Source: Octopus vulgaris
Taxonomy: Eukaryota
Assembly (NCBI GenBank): GCA_951406725.2
Contig: OX597815.1
Span: 54,002,001 to 54,066,000 of the forward strand
Direction of reading: 5' to 3'
Length of the DNA: 64,000 nucleotides
The notes beneath the pieces are model-generated. The model made no database searches. It saw only the letters and a list, made by a program, of their open reading frames with translations, and was not told where the DNA came from. This document shows positions 25,859-40,080 of the stretch, one piece after another. The position numbers were made by a program, and so were the translations under genes. Each line of letters opens with the position of its first letter. The first letter of the stretch is position 1.

Positions 25859-27322
25859 ATAATAATAATAATAAATAGGATGGCACAATCTAGTACTATA
25901 TGGTGTTTGTAGGTTCAATAGGTAGACACATCTTTAACTAGTTTATAGAGATGGTTAGACGATCTATTTAAATAAAGTAATATCTCGTTGTGTTTATGAT
26001 AGCGTCTGTAGAGAACATTAGCATCCAATGTTACATCTAGACTGTTAACCCTCGTGGAGTTGATAACAATAAGATGTGTCTAACTTGGCAGAAATTAATA
26101 ATTTTAATATGAAAATCCACACGAATTCTAACCGTTGTTTGTGGATTACAATAAGAGATAATGAGTCATTTAATAGGTACACAAATCTTGGACAACGGAA
26201 TTTGCTCACCGAGTTCAAATAGTAATGAAAGTCCGGTTAGGTCAATACATAAACTTGGTCACTAGCCCCCATACAAAAAAAGTGTTCTGGTAAACTTTTA
26301 TATCCATAAAATCCTGGTTTACACAAAAATCTAACTTACTAATTATTCATTATATATGTGTGATTGGCTTCGTAAATTTTATTGCCTTAAATAGAAACAG
26401 TAGGTTCATATTGCAGATATTTAGTATTTTGTTTACTTAAGATGTTTCTTGGTTTGAATGACTTCTTCCGTAGCAGAGTTCGGCCTTTGGTTTTAGGTAT
26501 TATCCAAACACGAATAATTTTACTAATTCTACGTATGTTTAATTTTATGCGATTGATTAAACAACTTGAATAATTTTTGCTAAGATCTGCATCATCTTAA
26601 GTGTAAATAAGAGTGTCTAGATTTAAGGGGTTCTAAGATATTTGATAATTTCATTTAAATACCCAGTGCCAGTTTCGGTACGCACTCATTATTTTAAGAT
26701 GACGCGTTATTTTTTTTTGTTTCCCTAATTTAACTTATCAATTTCTTTCAATTTAACTGTATATGCTTAGACTGATAGCTGTCTTTTATTCTATTCTTAA
26801 AATTTGTTGAATATTATTCATTTGTAAAAACAACATAATGACTCTGATAATAGCGAAAAGGTCATTTTCGAAACTTGAAAGTAATGATTCCCTAGAGGAC
26901 ATCTCTCAGATCTAAAACTAAATTTATTATTTACTTAAACTTATATATTTAATTAATTTCTTTTTGAATTTTCGTACTACACACACAAGAATATTCTTTC
27001 TTTTATTCATTCTTTCTGCCATAAATAGATACTAAACAAATATGCAAATAAAGTATAATAATGGACATTGTTATCATTACTCTGAGTAGTTTTATTGATT
27101 TTCTTTAAAAACTACCTGAGAGTGAAGTTTTATTTGTACAAATACTATATATTCTTTTGTTGTTTTCAAATATTATTTGTTTAAATAAGTTGACGCGTTT
27201 TTCATCTATTTTAACATGATGATAGTAAACAGTTGTGAGATATAAATTTGTCTATGTAAGTATCATACCATCTATGTACTTAACGGTTTGTCTATTTTTC
27301 TATACGTACATGTATATAGGTA

Positions 27323-27381
<59 letters not shown>

Positions 27382-27751
27382 ATTTATTATATAGAAGGAG
27401 CTTCTACAGGACTAGTACTGTTTCATTCAAGAGAAATCTTCAGGAAGCTATTTAACAAGAATTGTATTAGCATTTATACATTTAGGCAGGTTTAAAGGAG
27501 TGGTGGTGGGGGACTTTTTTGGAGGTAGGCATAGCGCAAAATATCATACTTGGGGGAGTGGTCAAGGAGTCAGTGGTAAGTTAGATGAAAGAATAGATAA
27601 ATAAAAAAATATAAAAAAATAAAAAAATAATATAAAAAATAATATATGTATAGAAATGCATGGGTACAGTAGGAATATACGCATGTATTATGTGTGTGTG
27701 TGTGTATGTATGCATGTAAAAATATATATATGTATATATATTTGCATATAT

Positions 27752-27782
<31 letters not shown>

Positions 27783-27899
27783 CTTGTATGTGTGTGTGTG
27801 TGTATATATGTATATGTGTTTGTATGTATATGTGTATATACGTATATGCATATGTATGTGTAAATGTATGTGTTTATGTATGTGTATGTATGTATAAAA

Positions 27900-28116
27900 T
27901 ATTATATAATTAGGGCTTAGTAAAATAAAATAAATTACTTTGCCACATACTAAACTTTCTAGAAATAGCAGCCAATAAAGTTTTTTAGCCTCTTCCACTA
28001 CTTAGAGAATTTTTTTCCCTCTAACATTGTTTACTCAAAATAATAATGGTCCCTTTACATACTGAATACTTGGTGAAATTGATTAATAACTAATTAACTT
28101 TACCCTCCCTTGTTGA
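27900..28116. repeat. Rearranged member of the 34124-34552 family
   Basis: Left part matches 34230-34325 directly. Right part matches 34124-34198 in reverse complement. Confidence 0.7.
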
Positions 28117-28425
28117 TATATATATATATATATGTATATGTGTACATGTATGTATATATGTGTGTGTGTGTATGTGTGTATGTATGTATTTGTATATGTG
28201 TGTGTGTATATGTATGTGTGCGCGTGTGTGTGTATGTATGTGTATGTATATTTGTATATGTATATGCATGTATATATATGTGTGTGTATATGTGTATTAT
28301 GTATGTATTTATATAGATATGTAATTTATATATATATATGTATGTATATGCATCTGTCTGTGTGTGTGTATGTGTATATATGTGTATCATTATTGCGTAT
28401 GTATACATGTATATGTGTATATGTA

Positions 28426-28498
<73 letters not shown>

Positions 28499-28581
28499 AT
28501 GTACATGTATATATATGTGTGTGTATATATATATATGTTTATATGTGAGTATGTAGAGATATAAGTATATGCATGTGTATA

Positions 28582-28614
<33 letters not shown>

Positions 28615-28781
28615 GTATGGGTATGTGTATCAGTGTATATGTATATATGTATGTGTGTGTGTATGTATATGTATGTATATGTGTATATATGTATGTGTAT
28701 ATGTGTATATATGTGTATATATGTATATGTATGTATGTGTATGTGTATGTATGTGTATATGTGTATGTATGTGTATGTGTA

Positions 28782-28833
<52 letters not shown>

Positions 28834-28844
28834 TGCGCGTGTGT

Positions 28845-29270
28845 GTATGTATGCATATATGTATGTATGCATGTATATGTGTATGTATATATGTGTGTAA
28901 GTGTGTGCATATATGTATATGTAAGTATGTGTGCGTGTATGAGTATGTATGTATGCTTGCACACGTGTATATATGTGTGTGTGTGTATATATATGGATGC
29001 GCGTGCGTGTGTGCACGTGTATGGGTACGCATGTATATGTGTATGTGCGTGTATGTGTATGTATGCATATATGTATGTATGCATGTATATGTGTATGTAT
29101 ATATGTGTGTAAGTGTGTGCATATATGTATATGTAAGTATGTGTGCGTGTATGAGTATGTATGTATGCTTGCACACGTGTATATATGTGTGTGTGTGTAT
29201 ATATATGGATGCACGTGCGTGTGTGCACGTGTATGGGTACGCATGTATATGTGTATGTGCGTGTATGTGT
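28845..29270. repeat. 212 bp tandem duplication in low-complexity DNA
   Basis: gtaagtatgtgtgcgtgtatgag at 28921 and 29133, with matching surrounding blocks. Confidence 0.8.
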
Positions 29271-29320
29271 ATACGTGTATGTATGTATGTGTGTGCGTAT
29301 ATTTGTATATGTATGTGTGA

Positions 29321-29357
<37 letters not shown>

Positions 29358-29462
29358 TGGGGGTGTGTGTATGCGTATAAATGCATGTAAGTATGGATGT
29401 ATGGATGTATGTATGTATGTATACGTATGTATGTGTTTGTGTGTATATGTATGTATGTGTGT

Positions 29463-29506
<44 letters not shown>

Positions 29507-29573
29507 ATATATGTTTGTGTATGTATATATATGTGTATGTATGTGTGTGTATATATATGTGTGTATGTGTATG

Positions 29574-29623
<50 letters not shown>

Positions 29624-30020
29624 TATAGGTATGTATCTGTATGTAGGAGTATATGTGTGTGTGTGTATGTATATGTGTATATATATATATATATGTATAT
29701 TTATTGGTGTATATGTATAGACTAGCCTCCTAAAGTGTAGACACGAATCTGTAGGTACGAGTACGTATGTGTATATACGTGAACGTATGTAGATGTTTGT
29801 ATGTATGAATATAACGCGTGCGTACGTGTATGTGTATGAGTGTACGAATGGGTGAATGTACGTGCTAATGAGTGTGCGTGCGGGAATGAGTACTTGCCTT
29901 CTAGTAGACAGACAAATGGACATGCTGCCATAGCCAGGATCCTTAGCTCTAGCGATCAAAGATAACAAAAGTAATAAATGAAGATAATAAAATTAAAATT
30001 AGGGAATGGGCCTGTATTGG

Positions 30021-30065
<45 letters not shown>

Positions 30066-30166
30066 GTGTATGTGTAGGTATGTATAGGTACACATGTGTA
30101 TGTGTATGTGTATGTATGTGTGTATATGTATGTATGTGCACACATGTGTATATATATGTATGCGTG

Positions 30167-30208
<42 letters not shown>

Positions 30209-30507
30209 CATATGTGTATGTGGGTGTATGTATATATAGGTGTAAATATGTGTATATAGGGAACTAGGTGTGTTGTGTGTGCATGAGTGTATGTGCGTAT
30301 GAATATATATTTTTCTGTGTATATATGTATGTGTGGTCGTGGGTATATATATACATGTGTGTATGCGTGCATGCATGGGAGTGAGTGTATGCATATATAC
30401 GTGTGTGTATGTGTAGACAGGTATATGCATGTGCATGTGTATAAATTTGTATATGTGGGCGGGTGTATGTATGTGTGTATGTAGATTTGCATGTATATGT
30501 GTATATA

Positions 30508-30550
<43 letters not shown>

Positions 30551-30926
30551 ATATATGTGTGTGTAGATACGTATACATATGTGTATAGGTATAAGTGAGA
30601 ATCTCCTTATTTACCTATAACTCTATCCCCCCTTTTTATATATATATATATTTTTTTATATATATATATTTTTTATATATATTTTTTATTTTTTTATTTT
30701 TTTATTTTATTTTATTTTTTTATTTTTTTATTTTTTTATTTTTTATTTTTTTATTTTTTTTATTTATTTTTTTATTTATCTATTCTTTCATCTAACTTAC
30801 CACTGACTCCTTGACCACTCCCCCAAGTATGATATTTTGCGCTATGCCTACCCCCAAAAAAGTCCCCCACCACCACTCCTTTAAACCTGCCTAAATGTAT
30901 AAATGCTAATACAATTCTTGTTAAAT

Positions 30927-30977
30927 AGCTTCCTGAAGATTTCTCTTGAATGAAACAGTACTAGTCCTGTAGAAGCT
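30927..30977 (+). ncRNA. Type-I hammerhead ribozyme (mirror copy on the minus strand at 27399-27449)
   Basis: Stem I agcttc/gaagct, CTGAAGA, stem II (t)ttc-tctt-gaa(t), GAA, near-palindromic stem III ACAGtACTAGTcCTGT, GUA. Confidence 0.75.
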
Positions 30978-31060
30978 CCTTCTATATAATAAATTAATTT
31001 TACTCTGCTATGTATTGAGTACCTTACTTACTGTGGTTAACCCCGAATCAACCCGGGACC

Positions 31061-31164
<104 letters not shown>

Positions 31165-31170
31165 TTATAC

Positions 31171-31207
<37 letters not shown>

Positions 31208-31330
31208 CATGTATATACATATACATAAATACACATATATGCATACATAGATATATATGTATGTATGTATGTATATATATATATATATACGCGCATGTAT
31301 ACGTATATATACGTATATATGTACATATAT

Positions 31331-31630
31331 ACATATATATCGGAACATCATCCGATTTTTTCAAAAATTCATGCCACAAGCACATCGCCAGCTTTTGAAA
31401 TATCCTTAAACGACATGTAACATTACTGACCGATTTTATCTGGAGCCTTAAGGAAGCAAAGACAAAATACGACCTTACATAGTCCATACTTAGACACTAT
31501 ATCCCGCCAATGCCAATTATGCTCCGAGGAGTCACACTCGATAATATTAACAAAGGACCGCATTATAAATAAATTCACTGAACAATTACCCAGATGCCGA
31601 CACGCAGCTAAGCACACATTCACATATTAC
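31331..31630 (+). pseudogene. Naiad-like PLE GIY-YIG C-terminal fragment
   Basis: [59 protein letters not shown]. Confidence 0.75.
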
Positions 31631-31762
31631 AATCTAGACCATACATAAGTTCGGATAGACACTGCAACCACAACTCTTAATATACATGAACTTCATGACC
31701 ATATTTGAATAACTTCTATTAGACATGTTATTTTGTAGTCTAGATCCTTATATGTATGTATA

Positions 31763-31816
<54 letters not shown>

Positions 31817-31886
31817 TATATGTGTGTATATGTATGTATGTATGTATGTATGTGTGTGTGTATGTATATGCATATATATATGTATA

Positions 31887-31921
<35 letters not shown>

Positions 31922-32269
31922 ATGTATGTGTATATATGTGTTTATATGCATATATGTGTACGTGTATGTGTGTATGAATATATATATTTGTGTGTGTATG
32001 TGTTTGTGCATGTATATGCGTATATATTTTTACTTATATGTATATGCGAGTGTACTAACACGTGTGTGTGCCACACTTTGCACAGACGTCTGTATCTTGC
32101 TTTACTTACGAATATACGCTCATATTTATCTATATGTACGCATATTTATGTATATATACGCGTTTGTACCTGCATATATCAGTTCCGTCCATACGTGTAT
32201 CTAGTTGTATGTATATACCCATATACCTGGACGTGCGTGTGTGAAGGCGTATGTATATGTGCATATATA

Positions 32270-32382
<113 letters not shown>

Positions 32383-32463
32383 GTGTATGTATATGTGCAT
32401 CTAGGTATGAACACTGAACAATTTTCGTCTAAGTATTATCTTCATTTCAACTAAAAGAAGACC

Positions 32464-32523
<60 letters not shown>

Positions 32524-32529
32524 CTCCCT

Positions 32530-32772
32530 GTGTCTGTGTGTGTGTCTGTGTTTGTGTGTGTCTTCGTGTCAATGTTTGTCCATACACTTGATAACCAGTG
32601 CAGGTGTGCTTATATCCCGTAGTTTAGCGGTTAGGCAAAAATGTACGTTAGAATAAGAACCATGCTTAAAAAAAGAGAAGAACTTGGGTCGATACATTCC
32701 ACAAAATTCTTCGAGACAGTGCCCCAGCATGGCCGCAGTCTAATGACTGAAACAAGTAAAGTATAATAAGTA
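32530..32772 (+). mobile_element. 3' half of OK-like SINE
   Basis: Matches 3030-3220. Confidence 0.7.
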
Positions 32773-33520
32773 ACAGATAAAAAACTTAGGTGTCTACATA
32801 AATGCATACACACACACAAACACACATATACATGAATACGTGTATACATATATATGTACACACATATATGTATGCATAAGTTTGCACACACACACATATC
32901 TATGTGTGCTGAAGTATGTAACAATGTCTCGGCATTCGATATTGATTTTCTTTTTTTCCATTTATATTATCAATCCTTATTTTTTCCCACTATATCATAT
33001 CAAATCTTTTTGCAAGGGGTGTTTTGCCTGTTTGCCCTTTTATTATTTCATCCGTCATGATCCTGCCTCTTTCGTCTCCTTCTTTTCTATATCACCAGCA
33101 TTATATCTCTTTTTTAAAAATTCCTTATCGTTCAATATCTTTGACAGCATATCTATGTATTTACATCATCCCGATTTATTCGTTAAAGACGAGGTGAAGC
33201 TTCGCCTAAATGTACAACGAGACATTACACATTACTATTCATACATTAATAATCCTACAGCAACTTACATCGATCACAAAAATGGAAAGTTTCTATTACA
33301 AAGCTTTCGGCGCATATGGTTTTTGTCCTGGTTTATGTTACTAGACAATATATTTACTGCTCTGACCTATTCTCTTATTTCTTGAGACAAAGATAAATAT
33401 TGGGATAATAATCGTATAAATATATACCACTACATGTAAGATTACATCTTATATTTACTTCTATGACATATAATCTTTTTACTCTTTCTCTCTCTCTCTC
33501 TCTCTCTCTCACCTTTAGCA

Positions 33521-33557
<37 letters not shown>

Positions 33558-33561
<4 letters not shown>

Positions 33562-33667
33562 TTTAGTTGTTGCATTCTCCATCTGTAGGACATTACAAAT
33601 ATGATTTGCAGACTTTGTTGCTTCCCGACACACGATTCCGGTATCAATAGCACTGTGCCGCACTTGG

Positions 33668-33738
<71 letters not shown>

Positions 33739-33929
33739 CGAAGGACTTTTCCAAGTTTCTGCTTGCTAAATCCACTCTGAAAGCTTTGGTCGCCTGAGGC
33801 TGCTGAAGCTGACACTTGCCCAAGTGCGGCACAGTGCTATTGATACCGGAATCGTGTGTCGGGAAGCAACAAAGTCTGCAAATCATATTTGTAATGTCCT
33901 ACAGATGGAGAATGCAACAACTAAAGCAT
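33558..33929. repeat. Perfect 118 bp inverted duplication (33558-33675 / 33812-33929) overlapping an old minus-strand SINE head
   Basis: The arms read as exact reverse complements. The left copy sits between (TA)n and (GT)n. Confidence 0.9.
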
Positions 33930-34123
33930 GAGCTATGTTGAAACTAACGAAGCAACGCATTAAAGTTTCTAGTTATTACTTTATTCATCCAATATTAAGC
34001 GTCGCCAGTCTAATATACTCCCCATAATGTGATAACCGGAAGATATAGCATAGGGGCTTTTTATGAGTGCACTCAAAAACGTTTCATATAGACGAACATA
34101 AAGAATACGTATATATATATATA

Positions 34124-34549
34124 GTCAATAAAAAAAGGGTAGAATTAATTAATTATTAATTAATTCGACCGAGCAGTGTTCTGTATGTAAAACGACCATT
34201 TACGGTATATTTGAAATATTACTTTATAAAAATAGGGTAAAGTAAAATAATTTACTTTACCACACACCGAGCTTTTTAGAAAAAGCAGCCAAAAAATTTG
34301 GCTATTTCTTCTACTGCAAGAAAAAGTCTCCCAGACAATGCATACTCAGAAATAACTCACATAGGTATCTCATATAGATGTGATCTTGCGTTGTTTTCCC
34401 CTTATACCTATGTGAGTTATTTCTGAGTATGCATTGTCTGGGAGACTTTTTCTTGCAGGAGAAGAAATAGCCACATTTTTTGGCTGCTATTTCTAAAAAT
34501 CTCAGTGTGTGGTAAAGTAAATTATTTTACTTTACCCTATTTTTATAAA

Positions 34550-34552
<3 letters not shown>
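34124..34552. mobile_element. Fold-back unit (arms 34220-34368 / 34404-34552) plus 96 bp tail, TA-flanked
   Basis: 149 bp inverted arms. A related copy lies at 27900-28116. Confidence 0.85.
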
Positions 34553-34618
<66 letters not shown>

Positions 34619-34619
34619 A

Positions 34620-35220
34620 CCAGAACCCCAAAATCAGAAAATGGAAACACGGTAACCCAATTCCTTTTCAAGGAGAAAATACCACAATCAGACACCAGAC
34701 CCGGCACAACACAAAATCTTTATGACCACACAGAACACGTAGACCCGAAGATCATAAATTTATCAAATAGAAACCTCAACAAGAATGAGATGAACTTCCT
34801 ATTAAAAGCTTTCCAGTTTACCCTGACACACACCCCTAATCTCATTGAACTGAAATCTGATATTGAACATTTCAACCGCCACCTCCTCCGACTTATAGAA
34901 TTCTGTAATCAAAGGGAGCAATTATTACGGATTGCCCCAAATCCACAAAAAGCTCCGGAATACAAAGTGCCATAAATAGGCTGAAGGACCAATATATAAA
35001 AATACTAAGGCCTGCTGATCTCAAAATAAGACCAATAGTTATTGGGCCTCAAGCACCACACAACAAGCAAGCCATTTTTTTAGATATACTCCTAATACCC
35101 TTGTGTCCTTTAATACCTAGTTATATACAGGGTGGCATAGATTTCATTCACCACATCCTACCCAGTGTCGCAGAAGGTACTATACTAACAAGTCTTGATG
35201 TCACCAATCTTTATACCACA
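34620..35220 (+). pseudogene. Decayed Neptune/Poseidon-like PLE N-terminal + RT fragment
   Basis: IINLSNRNLNKNEMNFLLKAFQF, ELKSDIEHFNR, DLKIRPIVIGP, SHFLDILL, TILTSLDVTNLYT. Confidence 0.75.
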
Positions 35221-35224
35221 CGTC

Positions 35225-35340
35225 GCAGAAATGATCTCAGCGCAACGTGAAATGAAGTATATTGCTCAAGAATACAATGCAACACCCGGTCTAGGAACTG
35301 AAACCACAATCTCGCGATAGTGAGTGTAACATGCAAACCG
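35225..35340 (-). mobile_element. SINE head fragment
   Basis: Reverse complement gives a B-box-like ggtttcagttcc followed by cttgagcaa...cttcatttcacgttgc. Confidence 0.45.
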
Positions 35341-35377
35341 TTCTCATATACAGATATAATTCCAAGGAGAAATGAAA

Positions 35378-35455
35378 TGTGTTTTGGAGGTGATATAGTT
35401 ACCATATATATATATATATATATATATATGGTAACTATATCACCTCCAAAACACA
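35378..35455. repeat. Perfect palindrome: 26 bp arms around (TA)n
   Basis: tgtgttttggaggtgatatagttacc-(AT)n-ggtaactatatcacctccaaaacaca. Confidence 0.9.
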
Positions 35456-35707
35456 AAGACGGAAGTGGTAAAAAAGGAGGAAAATGTTTTTAAAAACAAG
35501 AGAGCTGAATCAAAGAAGGAATGGTAAAAAAGGTGTGCGAGATGACAAGGGTGTGTGTGTGAGTGTGGGCGTGTGTGTGTATGTGTGTGTATGTATGGTT
35601 GTGTGCCGTATGGGATGTATGTGTGGGTTCATTTGTGTGTGTGTGTGCGTGTGCGATAACTGGGTACACACATTAATGTATATGTGTATATATATATATA
35701 TATATAC

Positions 35708-35787
<80 letters not shown>

Positions 35788-35788
35788 G

Positions 35789-35820
<32 letters not shown>

Positions 35821-36513
35821 TATATACATATATATATTAATGTGTGTACCCAGTTATCGCACACGCACACACACACAAATGAACCCACACATACATCCCA
35901 TACGGCACGCAACCATACATACACGCACACAATTATACATACGCATATATACACACACACGCACGTACAAGCACACACGTACACATACACTAAGTTAAGC
36001 ACAGTTACTCGCCATACAAAAAACGCACACGTACACACACACATGCTACACCAAAACACACATACGATACATATACACGCACACACACATACCTCCCTGT
36101 TTCTGACTTGCTAGGGTACCCCCACACCACTCCTTTAATTCTACTACGGCCGGCTACTAGCCATTGTCCACCATACACACACATACACACACACACTCAC
36201 ACACACACCCTTGTCATCTCGCACACCTTTTTTTACCATTCCTTCTTTGATTCAGCTCTCTTGTTTTTAAAAACATTTTCCTCCTTTTTTACCACTTTCG
36301 TCTTTTTAGTATGTGACCTCGTGAAGACTACCTGCAATTTTTTCCTCTGTCCTCCCGTCTCGGGATCTTTCTTTCTCCTATGTTTCCGACGAAGAGCTCC
36401 GCTCGAAACGTCATGCCCTCCTTCTTACCTTCTTTCCTGAGCGTCCAATAATACTTTATTTGTTCTACATCCTTGCGTTGTTGTCTTTTTGTTTTCTTGT
36501 TTGGATTAACTTT
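35455..36513 (+). mobile_element. Neptune-like pLTR element with an inverted, internally deleted 5' copy
   Basis: 35455-35676 is the reverse complement of 35837-35925 joined to ~36180-36305. The unique tail carries a hammerhead and ends at (TA)n. Confidence 0.8.
36381..36416 (+). ncRNA. Minimal PLE-type hammerhead motif
   Basis: CCGACGA-A-GAGC-tcc-GCTC-GAAACGTC with an ACGT palindromic stem III. Stem I is poorly paired. Confidence 0.6.
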
Positions 36514-36539
36514 ATATATATATATACATATATATATAG

Positions 36540-36597
<58 letters not shown>

Positions 36598-36598
36598 C

Positions 36599-36631
<33 letters not shown>

Positions 36632-37022
36632 TGTATACATATAGGATTGTTTGAAATGGTGTACAGGTTTTATAATTCAAGAAAGAGGAGCATAATGAGA
36701 ATGTTGGATGATTTTTCGTTTAACACTTTCAACACGTTTCAGAGATTCATGAAGAATTTCTAAGACGAGATGAAGGCGTTAAATAAAAATATGCACAAAA
36801 TTCTGATGTCTTCCTTTGCCTTAATGTAAATATGTGTGTGTATGTATGCATGTATGTATTTGTATATATAACTTTCCTAAAGAGTCTTTTTACTTGTAGG
36901 CGACATTCAGTGTAGTAAGTGACTGAAGAAAATATCAGTAACTACTATAGTATTGAGTAGTCTTTCCTACATTTAAAACTAAACGTATGCATACATCCAC
37001 ACACACACGCACACACACACGC

Positions 37023-37060
<38 letters not shown>

Positions 37061-37165
37061 AACACTCTGCATCAATATACATGTAAGTATATACTTTAAA
37101 CCCTTGAGTCAGAGTGGTTATCTTTTGGTTTTTCCTTGTTCGTGTGGCTATCTATGTGTGCGCGG

Positions 37166-37203
<38 letters not shown>

Positions 37204-37846
37204 CAAACATACATACATGCATACGTACCCGGTAATTCCCGGGGAAGCAAAGTATGTTGCCCTTAAAACGGTTTTTGTGCATTTACACAGAATACTAAAC
37301 TGTCTTACGCAGGATCTTGTGTTTAGGAATTCCCAATAAGTTATGAATACCCAAATTGTGAAACCAGTTATGCAATATCACGTAATTAATTACCCAATAG
37401 TAAGAATTCAAATAAAGTAGCCATGGAAAGGGATTTAATGCGTTCCCAGAGCATATAGAACATAGCGGGAAATACTAAGGTATCTATACCAAATCGTGAA
37501 GCATGTTACGTAATAACAGGCTAATTAGGTAACAGATAATAACAATTCAAAGTAAATAACTCTGAAAAGAGCTTTTGCGCGTTCCCAGTGAATATTACCC
37601 TCTGAGGCGTTAGTGTTCGTATATTCATGAATACGTCACTAACCGAAATAAGTGGATCTATTGTTTAGGAAAATACTATTTACTTGTTTAAGGGTTGTAC
37701 TGGATTAATTGCGAAGATAACAGTTCAAATACTAAGAAATAAGCATACTCAATTTCATTTTTACCATTTTTGCATTTATGTGTAGCTATCTATCAATATT
37801 TCTCTTTCTCTCCCTCTCTCTCTCCTAACCTCCCTACCTCTATCTG

Positions 37847-37938
<92 letters not shown>

Positions 37939-38035
37939 TATACATACATACATATACACACGCACGTTTATACAGATACATACTTATACATATATACGGA
38001 CATGTGTGTGTATGTATATGCATGTATACATATGA

Positions 38036-38096
<61 letters not shown>

Positions 38097-39147
38097 CGTG
38101 TGTGTGTGTAATGTATAAATAGAGCTTATCTCTCTGCAGGTCATTCTAGGATTCGCTGGGAACCAGAGTCTTAGGAGACGATGAGTTCCTAAGAAACATT
38201 TGCTATGGAACGGGTTTTCTAGGTAAATAAATTATAACTTTCAGAGATGAATTCAATTAATGAATTAGTTAAATCCCTATAATATAATACAAGGGCTATT
38301 TAATTTAAAGTGGGTCTTCTCTAGTTTTTAAAAATAATTGTCATGCATATCATTTTTTTCCAAGAAGGCTGTTGTTAACGAAAACAATGCAATAAATAAA
38401 AGAATATAGAGTTGAAGTTTGGTTTACAAAAGATATACCAAGAACGTGGATATGAATGAAAATTAGATAAAAAGAAACAACGCCTAAATTAGAAAGAAAT
38501 ACATACCTCACTTTTTGTAAGAACTAATGTCTTTTCCAATATAAGTTTGTAAGTTGGGTTTTTAGAATAATTATACTGCACTTGTGAGGCTTTTCCCTTT
38601 TCAGATTGTGATTGTGCGCAGTAATATTTGAATTATTTCTAGATTCAATATATATGTATATATAATTAATATAGCAGTTTGTTGTAATTCTTGCAGGACG
38701 CAGACACAGATCACTATGTCTATATAATACAAAACGATGAAAAAGAGAAAAAGCAAGCAGAAAAATGTTGTTACAACGGCGTATATGACCAATGGCTGGG
38801 AAAAACATTGAAGCTAGCTATTTACTATAAGCTGATTGACAATGAGTTGGTAAGTCTTTATTATCTTATCAGCGGATTAACTTTTACTAATGATGAGGAT
38901 CTTCGAGCTCATAATAATACTTATAATTATAAGGACCATGACGGTGAAGTTGGTGGAGATTATATTGACGATGTTATTTTTGCTGATGCTGATGATAGTG
39001 ATGATAAAGATGATGGCGATGATAATGGCAGTGGTAGTGGCGGCGATGTTGCTATTATAATGAGAGTACAAATAACTTTAAGCCATATTTGTAATAATGA
39101 TGATGATGATGATGATCATCATCATCATGATCTTGATAATAATAATG

Positions 39148-39331
39148 GTTTCAAATTTTGCCACAGGGGAAGCCATTTTGTGGGAAGATATGAACCCAGA
39201 ATTTCACTGGAACTTAATTTATCGACCCCGAAAGGATGAAAGACAAAGTTGACCACAGAACGTAGTGGCAGACGAAATACCGCAAAGCAGTTCGCCCGGT
39301 GTGATAACGATTGTGCCTGCTCACCGCCTTC

Positions 39332-39332
<1 letters not shown>
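39148..39332 (-). mobile_element. Second-family tRNA SINE with ATT tail
   Basis: Minus-strand head aggcggtgagcaggcacaatcgttatcacaccgggcga. Similar to 16370-16565. Confidence 0.65.
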
Positions 39333-39422
<90 letters not shown>

Positions 39423-39439
39423 TAATAATACTAATAATA

Positions 39440-39486
<47 letters not shown>

Positions 39487-39518
39487 AACAACAGCAACAA
39501 TAATATTAATAATAGGAA

Positions 39519-40079
39519 TTCCTTGATGCAGTACGAGATATTGGCTGCCATGGCTTTTGATTTTAACTGATTGGAAGTGCTATCATGTACATGTTTCGGC
39601 TTGGTATAAAGGATGGACTACAGCAAATATTCTGCTCAGTATCACAGATTTGCATGTCAGCTGTTTGAACTCAACTAGTTAAGCACGTCCCTTGGTGACT
39701 GATGATATGTTCCTCTATGATCACGAGTTGAAGTAGTGGGGGTGCATTATCACCATGTGTTGAAAGGAATTCTTTGAGGTTTGAATGATTCACCTCTGTA
39801 AACATGGGTGTTTCGTTTATCATCCTTAAACAACGTTTATTCAAGGTCCTTTTGAGCAGGATGGTGTGGTCTATGCGACCTAAAGAAAATTCTAACTGGT
39901 TCCCACCTGCAAGATCATGTTTTGTTTATCTTGATATGAGATCACCATGTTACGCACATAAAGTTGTGATGCATGTGCCTGGTTTACCCTTATCAGAGGT
40001 TTAGTCATGATGTGTGTATTGGGCTGCGTATATTTGTACCCCAGTGTCACTTTGATGGCATGCACTGTTCTCTCTCTCA
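39519..40079 (+). mobile_element. TAA-bounded non-coding element, full-length diverged copy
   Basis: Colinear with 44478-45033. Confidence 0.85.
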
Positions 40080-40080
40080 A

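Noticed and set aside
28100-29968. 622-aa ORF and the many other YI/HT/CV/I/N-rich ORFs
   Set aside because: They are translations of microsatellites that lack stop codons in some frames. There is no protein signal.
32900-33420. Possible further minus-strand GIY-YIG relic
   Set aside because: Only vague motif hints with many stops, so it cannot be supported without a profile search.
38691-39239. 182-aa acidic ORF
   Set aside because: It is driven by GAT/CAT repeats and runs into a SINE.
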